A DNA stretch of 64,000 nucleotides. Source: an uncultured virus (IMG/VR IMGVR_UViG_2585427635_000006). Lineage: Duplodnaviria > Heunggongvirae > Uroviricota > Caudoviricetes. Positions within the stretch are counted from its first letter, which is position 1. Every line of letters starts with the position of its first letter. Below the pieces are notes generated by a model. The model saw only the letters and a list, made by a program, of their open reading frames with translations, searched no databases and was not told the origin of the DNA. Position numbers and translations under genes: made by a program. The stretch lies in the IMG/VR virus record IMGVR_UViG_2585427635_000006. The stretch is one strand, 5' to 3'. Positions 16,277 to 26,050 of this stretch are shown here, in pieces.

Positions 16277-18820
16277 GTGAACTCAACTATGAGTGATTCT
16301 ATCACGGTTCTAAAACACCCCGTAAATACCCTCGCTAAAACATGGCGCGCTGATGGCTCGGTGAAAGCCTACGACAACGCCAAGTTCTTCCAGGTGGAGC
16401 AACGAGCGCTCAACAATAGTCGCGAGTTGTCTGCACTCCTCACGGAGCTGGAGCAGAACCCGCATACCTGCGTGATTCGCGGGGCGTATGTGGGCGATGC
16501 CAAAGCCGCTGCACTTGATACTGAGTTCCAGAAAGGAAAAGTACGGCGCATTGCCGAGCTGTACGAGGATATCCCGCATCACTGGATGCTCGTTGAGATC
16601 GACAATTTCGATCCGGTGCGCCGCGATCCGGTGGCCGATCCGGTGGGGAGCATCGGCGAGTTCCTCCACGCACATCTCCCCTTTGGCTTCCACGGCGCAG
16701 ATTACCATTGGCAGTTATCCAGTAGCGCGGGGCGTCCTGAGTGTGCAGGCAAGCTAAAAGCCCATGTGTGGTTCTGGCTACATAAGCCGTACACCAGCGC
16801 ACAGCTCAAAGCCTGGGCCGCTGTCCGCGCTCCAGGGCTGGATGCTTCTGTATTTAATACGGTGCAAATCCACTACACCGCCGCCCCTGTGTTTGAAGCC
16901 GGTGTAACCGATCCAGTTCCAGTGCGCAGTGGCTTTGTGAAAGGCATTCTTGAGGATTCTGTATTGCTGGAGATTGATGCGGCGATCCTGGAAAGCGCCA
17001 AGGCTGAAGGCAAACCCAGCCGCCAACACAAGCTCATGGCCGCGGCTGCCAACGACCCTGTGGCTGTGCGCCTTGAAGAACGCGGGTTTATCTTATCGAC
17101 CGGTAAGGCCGGTGAACTCTTTATTGAATGCCCCTTGGCTAAGCAGCATACGCAAGCCTCTAGCCCCACAGCCACCGTGTATTACCCAGCACATACCGGG
17201 GGTTATGCCAATGGCGCGTTTGTATGTCAGCACGCCCACTGTCGCGGGGTGCCGCAATCGGCGTTTCTACATGAAATAGGAATCTATTCCGATGAGGAAA
17301 TGCTAGCCATGTTCGAGGACCTCACGGACGAGCCTGCCACGCTTGCCGTTGAGCGGCACGACGTGCCCGAAGCGCTGTACCTGACCACTGACACAGCGAA
17401 CGCAGTGCGGATCGCCAAGCACTACGGCAAACGGCTGATGGTGTCTGCTGAGCGCTGGTTCGTCTGGGAAGGCACCCACTGGGCGCATGGTATGGATGCG
17501 GCGCGCCTGCTAGCGTTAAAACTATCAAAAATCATTCGCGGCGAAGTCGAGCAATGGCGCACCAAGCGAGCGGACACGGAGAAGGAAAAAAGCAAAAACG
17601 CAAAGATCGCCGCTGCGCTGGAGGCATGGGGCAAGAAGTCGGAAATGCGCAGCACTGTAGAGGCGGCGATGGCGCTGGCCAAAAGTATGTTGGTTGTGAA
17701 AGCGGAACGGCTGGACACGGACCCCTGGCTATTGAACTGCACCAATGGCACCGTGGACCTGCGTACCGGAACGCTCAAAGCGCATCGCCCAGAGGACTAC
17801 ATTACGCGGGTTGTCCCCGTTAACTACACACCCGATGCCGCTGCACCTGTCTTTAAAAAGACACTGGCGCGCATCACCTGCGAAGAAGGGCAGGCCCAGC
17901 AGCCGCTCAGTGACTTTCTGCAACGCTGGTTCGGCTACTGCGCCACCGGCTCGGTACGTGAGCATAAGCTGGCGGTGATGTACGGGATGGGCCGTAACGG
18001 GAAAAGTACGCTACTGGACCTGATCTCAGGGATTCTTGGCAGTTATGCAGGTGTGGCCGCCCCAGGGCTGCTGATGGACGGCGGCCACGACAGGCACCCC
18101 ACCGAAATTGCCGATTTGGCGGGACGGCGCATGATGACGGTGAATGAAACCAGCGAAGGAGGCATCTTGCGTGAAGGCTTCGTGAAGCAGGCCACCGGAG
18201 GGGATTCACTCAAGGCCCGTCATATGCGTAGTGACTTCTTCGAGTTCCAGCCCACGCACAAGCTGCAATTACTCACTAACCATAAGCCTGTCATCAAGGG
18301 GCAGGACGTGGGTATCTGGAGTCGCCTGATGCTCATTCCGTTTGAAGCGCGCTTCGGCACCGCTGAAGAGGTAGAGGCGGGGGTTGCCCAATACCCCATA
18401 GACCATAAGATCACTGAGAAGCTTGCCGCTGAACGAGAAGGCGTCTTAGCGTGGGTTATCGCTGGTGCCGTGGAGTGGTATCGGGACGGGCTTAACCCGC
18501 CTGGGATTGTGCGGGACGCTTCAAAGGACTACCAGACGGAGCAGGACCGCGTTACTCAGTTCATTAAGGATGAGTGCGTATTGGGGATGGAACATGAGGA
18601 GCCGCTAACCGCGCCAATGGGTGGTGGGTTATACCCGGCGTATACGCAATGGTGCAAAGACAGCGGTGTTTACGCGTTGTCTAAAACCCGTTTTCTTGGC
18701 GAATTGGAGCGGTGCGTGCCGAAATTCAGGAAGAGAGACGTAAAGGAAACGGTTGGGACTGGGAAACGCCGTAGAGTTTTATCGATCCAAGGGATAGGGT
18801 TAGTAGACGCTGACATATAG
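16277..18820 (+). CDS. P4-family primase/D5-like SF3 helicase
   Basis: N-terminal primase-like region, Cys/His cluster, D5_N (LLNCTNGTVDL), GRNGKST Walker A. Confidence 0.9.
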   Translation: MNSTMSDSITVLKHPVNTLAKTWRADGSVKAYDNAKFFQVEQRALNNSRELSALLTELEQNPHTCVIRGAYVGDAKAAALDTEFQKGKVRRIAELYEDIPHHWMLVEIDNFDPVRRDPVADPVGSIGEFLHAHLPFGFHGADYHWQLSSSAGRPECAGKLKAHVWFWLHKPYTSAQLKAWAAVRAPGLDASVFNTVQIHYTAAPVFEAGVTDPVPVRSGFVKGILEDSVLLEIDAAILESAKAEGKPSRQHKLMAAAANDPVAVRLEERGFILSTGKAGELFIECPLAKQHTQASSPTATVYYPAHTGGYANGAFVCQHAHCRGVPQSAFLHEIGIYSDEEMLAMFEDLTDEPATLAVERHDVPEALYLTTDTANAVRIAKHYGKRLMVSAERWFVWEGTHWAHGMDAARLLALKLSKIIRGEVEQWRTKRADTEKEKSKNAKIAAALEAWGKKSEMRSTVEAAMALAKSMLVVKAERLDTDPWLLNCTNGTVDLRTGTLKAHRPEDYITRVVPVNYTPDAAAPVFKKTLARITCEEGQAQQPLSDFLQRWFGYCATGSVREHKLAVMYGMGRNGKSTLLDLISGILGSYAGVAAPGLLMDGGHDRHPTEIADLAGRRMMTVNETSEGGILREGFVKQATGGDSLKARHMRSDFFEFQPTHKLQLLTNHKPVIKGQDVGIWSRLMLIPFEARFGTAEEVEAGVAQYPIDHKITEKLAAEREGVLAWVIAGAVEWYRDGLNPPGIVRDASKDYQTEQDRVTQFIKDECVLGMEHEEPLTAPMGGGLYPAYTQWCKDSGVYALSKTRFLGELERCVPKFRKRDVKETVGTGKRRRVLSIQGIGLVDADI

Positions 18821-18849
18821 CGTTGAACCTACTCCGTTTAAGTGTGGCG

Positions 18850-18880
18850 AACCCGCAGATTATGCGGGTTTGTCTTTTTT
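18850..18880 (+). terminator. Intrinsic terminator after the primase
   Basis: AACCCGCA-GATTA-TGCGGGTT followed by a T tract. Confidence 0.75.
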
Positions 18881-18900
18881 AACATAGGCTCGTCTAGAGG

Positions 18901-19026
18901 GTGGGACCTGTGGGACCTATGTTTATATGGTTTTTACTATTCCACCACAACTCACTGTATAAAAAATATACAGCATATATAGAGAGAAATAGAAAATAAC
19001 GCTTTTTCGGGTCCCACAGGTCCCAC
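18901..19026. repeat. Perfect 17-bp inverted repeat flanking an AT-rich spacer (candidate origin)
   Basis: GTGGGACCTGTGGGACC 18901-18917 and its reverse complement 19010-19026. Confidence 0.7.
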
Positions 19027-19167
19027 CTCCCACTCACACCTTGCGCCCGTACATCTAGCCACTGCCACCCCGACGGGAGCAGAGCGCCGCCGTCTCTCCA
19101 AACAATCTTCTTTATAATCAATGAGTTATACTAGTCCCCATGCTTTTTTGTGATGGGTTAGTGTCCA

Positions 19168-19785
19168 ATGCAAACAACATACCTGCTGCAACGCTCCAAT
19201 CCGCCTCGCTTGCTGGCGCGTTTACCTTTGGGTGGGAAACCCTGCGTTGCGGGATGCGGGGATACCGTAGGGGTTGGGGCGGGACCCACCGTCACTACAG
19301 AGTTGCCTGCCAGTGTGCAGGAGTTGGCTGATGTTATCGGACGGAAGCAAGCGTTAACCTTGATTGGCCAGTTGCCGCGTACGTACCCCAAAGGCCGCCG
19401 CAGCGGCAAGGTGATTTTGTATGTTCCTAAGGCTTTATCGCCCCATCACCGGCTGGTATCCATTTTGGGATGGGAGGATGCGCAAAAGCTGGTGGATGTT
19501 TTCGGTGGGGAGATTTTGCAGCCAGCCAATTGCAATTACATTGCCCGCCATGCGCGGGATTGTGCTGTTGTGGAGCTTTTGCGTAGTGGCGTGCCCTTTG
19601 ATGTCATTGCCAAGATATTTGGGATCAGTGTTAGGCACGTCAGGAATTTCGCTGCCGGTATTTCCTCGCACCCGCCACGGAAAACCTGTCACAGGACGTA
19701 TGCCCAGGATACACGCAGGATGAGCGGCAATGAATGTCTCCGGGGCTTGTCATGCAGACCATTGGTGAAGAAGGCATTGCACTGA
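19168..19785 (+). CDS. Mor/C-family late transcription activator (true start probably further downstream)
   Basis: LP...[34 protein letters not shown]; just upstream of the lysis genes. Confidence 0.75.
   Translation: MQTTYLLQRSNPPRLLARLPLGGKPCVAGCGDTVGVGAGPTVTTELPASVQELADVIGRKQALTLIGQLPRTYPKGRRSGKVILYVPKALSPHHRLVSILGWEDAQKLVDVFGGEILQPANCNYIARHARDCAVVELLRSGVPFDVIAKIFGISVRHVRNFAAGISSHPPRKTCHRTYAQDTRRMSGNECLRGLSCRPLVKKALH
19679..19697 (+). promoter_or_regulatory. Late-promoter motif GGAAAA-N3-G(C/T)CACAGGAC, copy 1 of 5
   Basis: Other copies at 23782, 26543, 30848, 34271, each upstream of a late gene block. Confidence 0.7.
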
Positions 19786-20246
19786 TTAAGTTTTTTGAGG
19801 GTTGCAAACTGAACCCGTACACCTGCCCTGGGGGGGTATTAACCATTGGCTATGGCGAGACGGGCAAGCACGTTACGCCTGATATGTGTCTTACCAATGA
19901 GCAGGAAGCGGATGCGATGTTACGTGCTCGATTAGCCAAAGAGTTTGAACCGGCTGTAAGGCGTTATGTGCGTGTGCCACTCAAGCAACAGCAGTTCGAT
20001 GCGTTGGTATCGCTGAGCTTCAACATTGGTGCGGGCGCGTTCCACCGCTCGACGCTGTTATGCAAGCTTAATGCCGGTGATGTTGCTGGTGCGGCGCAGC
20101 AGTTTCATGTGTGGAAATGGGCGGGCGGTCGTGTGCAGTCGGGTTTAATCATCAGGCGTGCCGCCGAACGTGCATTGTTTGAAGGCAGTGACTGGCGTGC
20201 TGAAGAGAAGCAACGGCGTGCCGCTTTAAAGGGTCGCCGTGATTGA
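19752..20246 (+). CDS. Endolysin (GH24 lysozyme)
   Basis: IKFFEG...Y.C.GG.LTIGYG, QFDALVS..FNIG, GL..RR..E. Confidence 0.95.
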   Translation: MQTIGEEGIALIKFFEGCKLNPYTCPGGVLTIGYGETGKHVTPDMCLTNEQEADAMLRARLAKEFEPAVRRYVRVPLKQQQFDALVSLSFNIGAGAFHRSTLLCKLNAGDVAGAAQQFHVWKWAGGRVQSGLIIRRAAERALFEGSDWRAEEKQRRAALKGRRD

Positions 20247-20568
20247 TCCCTCGGCCATGATGTCCTGGTGGAAAGAAGCGTTCTATACGTGCCTTGCGAT
20301 GGTGGCTGGGGTACTCGGCTACTTAATGCGCACGCTCGACAACGGCGAGAAACCGACCTGGGCGCGTGTGCTGATCGAAGCCAGTGCGGCTGGGCTTGTC
20401 GGGCTGTTTGCAATGTGGGTGTGTGAATCGCTGGAGCTAAGCCAGCAACTGACGGCAGTCACAGTGGGGGTGTTTGGTTGGCTTGGGGCCTCTGCCAGTT
20501 TGGACCTAATTCAAAGCTTTATTGTCCCCAAAGTAGGGGGCGGGAGAAGGAGTTCGGATGATCGTTAA
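20239..20568 (+). CDS. Holin
   Basis: Three hydrophobic segments; between endolysin and spanin. Confidence 0.8.
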   Translation: MIDPSAMMSWWKEAFYTCLAMVAGVLGYLMRTLDNGEKPTWARVLIEASAAGLVGLFAMWVCESLELSQQLTAVTVGVFGWLGASASLDLIQSFIVPKVGGGRRSSDDR

Positions 20569-21019
20569 TACACTGCGCCGTGTGGGGCGAGGTTCGCCCA
20601 GTGTGCGGCTGTTGGTTGAGTACATGATGATTGGTGCGTTGGTGGCGCTGGTTGCACATGCAGTGCTGGCCTGGTCCGAGCGCAGTCAATTAGCGCAACG
20701 TGCGGCGCAGCTGGAAGGCCAGTTAGCAGCGGTGGAAAGCACGTTGGATGCACAGGTTGCGATGAATCGCGATCAAGATGCGGCGATTGCGCGGCTGCGT
20801 GCGTTACGGGAGATCGACAGGCAGGCGATTGCGGGGCTGCATACGGATTTGAATCGGATCACGGTGCGCGATCGTGTGTTACGTCAACGCATCATACATT
20901 TGGAGCAACACCACGATGAGGCAAAAGCCTTTCTTGATATTGATGTGCCTGACGTGCTTGGGTGCTTGCTCGACGGGGGTTCCTGTCAAGCCAGTTACCG
21001 TCACGCAGACCCGCGTTGA
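20558..21019 (+). CDS. i-spanin (Rz-like)
   Basis: N-terminal TM plus coiled coil. Confidence 0.78.
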   Translation: MIVNTLRRVGRGSPSVRLLVEYMMIGALVALVAHAVLAWSERSQLAQRAAQLEGQLAAVESTLDAQVAMNRDQDAAIARLRALREIDRQAIAGLHTDLNRITVRDRVLRQRIIHLEQHHDEAKAFLDIDVPDVLGCLLDGGSCQASYRHADPR

Positions 21020-21245
21020 GGTGGTCATCCCGCCGCAGGGTTTGTTGCAGCCGTGTGAGGAGCCGCCATTGCCGCGTGTAGAGACAGTCCGCGACTTACT
21101 GAGCCAGACGCTGGCATGGCGTTTGGCGTATGAACACTGTGCGGCGCAAGTGCGCTGTGTTGCGGCATGGGTACAGGCGGCCAGCGTCGGGCAGCCGTGG
21201 TCACCGCAGGGCTGCGGAATGGAAGACAGCGATACACCGTCGTGA
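20916..21245 (+). CDS. o-spanin (Rz1-like lipoprotein)
   Basis: LGAC lipobox, Pro-rich, overlaps the 3' end of Rz. Confidence 0.75.
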   Translation: MRQKPFLILMCLTCLGACSTGVPVKPVTVTQTRVEVVIPPQGLLQPCEEPPLPRVETVRDLLSQTLAWRLAYEHCAAQVRCVAAWVQAASVGQPWSPQGCGMEDSDTPS

Positions 21246-21320
21246 CCATGGCGCAATGGCATCTGATGACTATAGAAGCGTCAAATGAGCGAATTTAGCT
21301 GCAATTTGACAGATTTTCAC

Positions 21321-21366
21321 GGGTCCTTCCTGATGGGGGAGGCCTGCGGGGTCGAAACTCCGCGGG
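21321..21366 (+). other. Putative lambda-like cos site (cosQ plus cosN)
   Basis: GGGTCCT (lambda cosQ sequence) then TGCG-GGGTCGAAACTC-CGCGGG just before terS. Confidence 0.6.
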
Positions 21367-21417
21367 GTTTACATTGTGCGTGGTGTTTTGATTCTCACTT
21401 GTTGTTTATATCGGCCG

Positions 21418-21951
21418 ATGGTTTTACAGAAACAGCAAGGAAAACAGGTTAATCGTGCAGGCCTTTCGGAGATATTCGGTGTAGCGTTGCCGACGGTTGA
21501 TCAATGGGCACGTAACGGCTGCCCGGTCGTGAAACGCGGTGGACGTGGGCGGGAATGGACGTTTGACACGGCTGTAGTCGCCCGCTGGTTACGTGACAAA
21601 GCCGCAGAAGAAGCGGCGGGTGGAGCGGTGGCCGATATTGAAGAATGGAAGCGCCGTAAGATCGCCGCTGAAGCGCAACGTGAAGAGTTGCACTTGGCCG
21701 ATGCAAAAAAGCAGGTTGCTCCTTTGGAGCAGGTGGAAAAGACATTGGCCCGCGTATTCGCGGAAGTGCGTGCCAACCTGCGCACTATTCCAGGGCGGAC
21801 CGTTGCCCTACTACTGGGTGAAACCGACGAGCGCCGATACAAACGCGTACTGCTGCAAGAAATCGACCAAACCTTAGAAAATCTCGCGTCCTTAGACCTG
21901 ACCCAAGAAGACACGGACCCCGACGAAGACGAGGAAACAGGCGATGTCTGA
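21418..21951 (+). CDS. Terminase small subunit (Nu1-like)
   Basis: VNRA.LSEIFGV..PTVDQW...GCP winged HTH. Confidence 0.88.
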   Translation: MVLQKQQGKQVNRAGLSEIFGVALPTVDQWARNGCPVVKRGGRGREWTFDTAVVARWLRDKAAEEAAGGAVADIEEWKRRKIAAEAQREELHLADAKKQVAPLEQVEKTLARVFAEVRANLRTIPGRTVALLLGETDERRYKRVLLQEIDQTLENLASLDLTQEDTDPDEDEETGDV

Positions 21952-23896
21952 AACCTTGGGCGTAGCCGCCCTAGAAAACCAAGAAGGCGTTGATCAGATG
22001 ATCAGCAACGCCTTACAGATGCTGCGACCGCCCCCAGCGATGAAGCCTTCCGAATGGGCACAGACACGCATCCGCATTCCTGAAGGCAACGCCATACCTG
22101 GCCCCTTGCGCCTAGACAACGCCCCCTACCAACGTGAACCCATGGATATGCTGGTGGACCCGGACTGCTACCGCGTCACCCTGAAATGGGGCGCACAAGT
22201 CGGTAAAACCATGCTGGCCTTATGCGTACAAGGCTACTGCATCGAAATGGCCCCCCGCAGCCAAATGATGCTGCAACCCTCCCAAGGTGATTTACAAGCC
22301 TGGTTAGAAACCAAATTCTCCCCGCTGATTGCAGCCAACCAAGGATTGCAACGCCTGATTGCAAAACCGCGTGGCCGCGATGGCGTCAACAACCAGCGGA
22401 TGAAATCCTACCCTGGAGGAATTCTGATGATTGCCTGGTCCGGCTCACCAAAGACCATGCGCGGGCGCTCAGCACCACTGATTGTGTGCGACGAAATAGA
22501 CGGCTACGAACGCACGGACGAAGGCCACCCGGTGAGCCTGTTGTGGCAGCGCGCCGCGACCTTTGGTGATGAACGGTTTCTTCTGGAGACCAGCACACCC
22601 ACCATTGAGGGTTCCAGCTATATTGATGACGCCTACCGGGCCGGAGACCAGAGGCGATTTTATGTACGCTGCCCCGCCTGCGGATGCGAACAAACCCTAG
22701 AATGGGAACACGTCAGCTGGGTTGGACGCCAAAGCGACCCCGACGCCGACTTGGCCGCTATCGACGCCCACCAACCGCACACTGCACGCTACGTCTGCCA
22801 AGGGTGCGGCGTATGCTGGGATGACGGCCAACGCATTGCAGCTGTTCGCCAAGCCCACTGGCAGGCCAGCAAACCCTTTAACGGCCATGCCTCCTACGAA
22901 CTGAACGAACTCTACTCCACCTTCCGCCGTCAAAGCGCCATCGTTCAAGACTACCTGGACAAACTCAAACACCAGGACCTACAAACATTCACCAACGTCA
23001 GCCTAGCCCGCGTCTGGAGCGAGACCGCCGAACAGGCCGACATTGACGACCTACTGCGCCGCCTTGAAACCTACCTTGCCGATGTCCCTATGGGCGGTGT
23101 CTTTCTCACTGCGGGCATCGACATGCAAACCGACCGCCTTGAAGTGGAAATTGTCGCATGGGGCATTGACGAAGAATCCTGGTCCATCCATACCGCCGTT
23201 CTCTACGGCGATCCCCTCTTAGGCGACGTCTGGGAAGCACTGGACCGCTACCTCTCTACCACCTGGCAGCACGAAAGCGGTATACGTCTATCCATCCAGG
23301 CCGCCTGCTTAGATACCGGAGGCACCTCCGGCTACACCCAAGCCGCTTACCAATACCTGCGTACTAGGACAGGCGGGCGACTATTTGGCATTAAAGGCGT
23401 TGGCGGCTGGGGCCGTCCCATCGTAGACAAAGCACAACGCAAACATTCCGGACGCAACGCACCCAGAATCAACCTCTTTACCGTTGGCGTGGACGAAGCA
23501 AAATTAATTGTGATGCGCCGCCTCGCCATCACCCAGCCTGGCCCAGGCTACTCCCATTTCCCCACAGACCGTTCCCCCGACTGGTTTGCACAACTGACCG
23601 CTGAAAAATTACGTACCCGCTACCTCAAAGGCCAGCCAATACGCCAATGGACCAAACCCGACAAAACCCCCAACGAAGCATTGGATTGCCGCGTCTACGC
23701 CTACGCCGCCCTCAAAATCATCAACCCGCATCTACCCCATGACGCAAAGCGTATTAAGGATGCCGCCGCCTTACTACCCAAGGAAAAACTGCCACAGGAC
23801 CCCACCTCAGAAGTGCAACACCATACCCCCCATCTTCGCCCCCAACGTCCCCGGCCCCCCTTAAGACGCCGGAGAACATGGGCTAACGACTGGTGA
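21944..23896 (+). CDS. Terminase large subunit (lambda GpA family)
   Basis: PYQRE, AQVGKT, DEID, STPT, GIDMQ, NEALDC motifs. Confidence 0.95.
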   Translation: MSETLGVAALENQEGVDQMISNALQMLRPPPAMKPSEWAQTRIRIPEGNAIPGPLRLDNAPYQREPMDMLVDPDCYRVTLKWGAQVGKTMLALCVQGYCIEMAPRSQMMLQPSQGDLQAWLETKFSPLIAANQGLQRLIAKPRGRDGVNNQRMKSYPGGILMIAWSGSPKTMRGRSAPLIVCDEIDGYERTDEGHPVSLLWQRAATFGDERFLLETSTPTIEGSSYIDDAYRAGDQRRFYVRCPACGCEQTLEWEHVSWVGRQSDPDADLAAIDAHQPHTARYVCQGCGVCWDDGQRIAAVRQAHWQASKPFNGHASYELNELYSTFRRQSAIVQDYLDKLKHQDLQTFTNVSLARVWSETAEQADIDDLLRRLETYLADVPMGGVFLTAGIDMQTDRLEVEIVAWGIDEESWSIHTAVLYGDPLLGDVWEALDRYLSTTWQHESGIRLSIQAACLDTGGTSGYTQAAYQYLRTRTGGRLFGIKGVGGWGRPIVDKAQRKHSGRNAPRINLFTVGVDEAKLIVMRRLAITQPGPGYSHFPTDRSPDWFAQLTAEKLRTRYLKGQPIRQWTKPDKTPNEALDCRVYAYAALKIINPHLPHDAKRIKDAAALLPKEKLPQDPTSEVQHHTPHLRPQRPRPPLRRRRTWANDW

Positions 23897-23899
23897 CCC

Positions 23900-24451
23900 A
23901 TGACATTCCAGCACACCTGCCCAACATTCCCTGCCAAGATCAATGCTGGATGCTCATTACAGATATCCCTTGCACTCAAAAACTACCCCTGGCCCGACTG
24001 GACACTCCATTGCCTCCTGCGTGGTCCGGCATCACTGGACCTCACCGCGCAGGGTGAAAACACCACCCACCGATTCAACATCCCCGCCGCGGACACCGCA
24101 CAGTGGACACCCGGCGATTACCTCTACCAACTGCGTGCAGAACACAGCCCCCAGACCATTGAAATAAAACGTGGGAAACTCCGTGTTGAGCCAGACTTTG
24201 CATCGCTGCCCCAAGGCTATGACGGACGCAGCGACAACCAACGCGCCTTAGATGCCATCAACGCCGTTCTGCAAAAACGCGCCACCCAGGACCAACAGCG
24301 CTACCGCATCAACAACCGCGAACTGTGGCGTACCCCCATCGCTGAATTACTGAAACTACGCACCTTCTACGCCGTAGCCGTACAACGCGAAACACCCACC
24401 GACACCCCCCGCAGCTGGGGGAACATCGTTCCTGTGAGATTTGTAGGATGA
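23900..24451 (+). CDS. Head completion/adaptor-like protein
   Basis: C-terminal gpW-like YRINNREL...ELLKLR; between terL and portal. Confidence 0.6.
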   Translation: MTFQHTCPTFPAKINAGCSLQISLALKNYPWPDWTLHCLLRGPASLDLTAQGENTTHRFNIPAADTAQWTPGDYLYQLRAEHSPQTIEIKRGKLRVEPDFASLPQGYDGRSDNQRALDAINAVLQKRATQDQQRYRINNRELWRTPIAELLKLRTFYAVAVQRETPTDTPRSWGNIVPVRFVG

Positions 24452-26050
24452 ACCTCTGGACATGGTGGACACAGCGCACAGCCCATCCAGACCCTCCCAC
24501 CCCAGACACGGCAACACCCCAGCCAAACCACCCCCCGCGGCGCTGGTATCAGCGCATGCTGCCCTTAGGCGGCATGTTCAAAGCCGGACAGGTGGATACC
24601 AATGACCTGTGGAGCAGCATCCCCGTCTCTCCGGACGAATACATCACCCAACGTCTCCCAATCCTGGTCGCGCGCATGCGCGAACAATGGTCCAACAACG
24701 ACCATGTCAAACGGTACATTGACCTATGCCGCCGTAACATTGTGGGCCCCCGCGGCATCGTCATGCAGGCCCAAAGCAGAAAATCGCGCAGCGGTGCCCT
24801 GGACACCGCCATCAACGACGCCATTGAAACCTGGTGGCAAGATTGGGGCCGCAAAGGCCAGTGTGAAGTCACCGGAAAATTATCATGGCGCGAAATCCAA
24901 AACCCTCTGCGTCGAGACCTGCGCCCGTGATGGAGAGTTTATTGCCCGAAAAATTTATGGCACACACGCCGGACCGCATGGCTTTTGCTTACAACTGATC
25001 GACCCACTGCGCCTACCCGTGCGCTACCAAATGCTGAAAACAGACCAGACCGGCGGATTTGTCCGACAAGGCATCGAATTTAACCGATTCGGAAAACCGC
25101 TGGCCTATCACTTCAGCTCCATTGACGAACGTGACACCTACTACTACAGCATCAATGGACGAGGCTACGTCCGCGTCCCCGCCGAGGAAGTCATCCACAT
25201 CTTCAAACCCGTGATGGTGGGACAACGCCGCGGCCTACCTTGGGCCGCCACCTCCCTACTGCGTCTACACCATCTACAAGGCTTTGAGGAAGCCGCCGTA
25301 CAAAACGCACGCGCCGCCGCTAGCAAAATGGGTTTTGTCGAATACCGAGAAGATTATGGCCCGCCACGAGCCGACGAGCAGGAAAACGTTGCCCAAACGA
25401 TCCAGATGAACGCCGGACCCTTAGCGATCCACGAACTCCCCCGAGGCGCAGGATTCAAAGACTGGAACCCCCAATACCCCTCAGGTGAATTTGGCTTATT
25501 CACCAAAGCCGCCAAACAAAGCTTGGCTGCGGGCATGGATATCTCCTACCACGCCCTCTCCGGCGATCTGGCGGACGTCAACTACTCCAGCATCCGCCAA
25601 GGCACATTGGATGAACGCGAACGCTGGAAAGAAGACCAGCAATTTTTTATTGAATCCCTCCACACCCCTGTTTTTGAAGCGGCCTTAAAAGTGGCCTTGC
25701 TGAGCGGACAGATTCGAGTGCATGGCAAACCGCTGCCTGCCGAACACTACGACCGATACCGCCGCGTTTCCTGGCAAGGCCGCCGCTGGGCCTGGGTCGA
25801 CCCCCGCGCCGACGTTGAAAGCGCACTGACCTGCATCCGTGGCGGCCTGACCTCCACCAGCCAAGTCATCCTGGAACAAGGCCGCGACCCCCAGGACGTC
25901 TTTCGCGAAATCGCCCAAGACCTGAAAGAAATGCAAGCCTCCGGCATCCCCAACGACTACCTCAAGTACCTGCTGTATGGCGCAGACCCCACTACCGCCA
26001 ACACCACACCGACCCAGAAGGAACCCACCCCCCATGACCACAGCCACTGA
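24448..26050 (+). CDS. Lambda-family portal protein, frameshifted near 24900
   Basis: NND...NIVG in one frame, DGE, GQRRG, NYSSIR, WVDP in the other; extra A in CAAAA. Confidence 0.88.

Noticed and set aside
18955..18973. SOS box
   Set aside because: The CTGT-ACAG spacer is 11 nt, not 8
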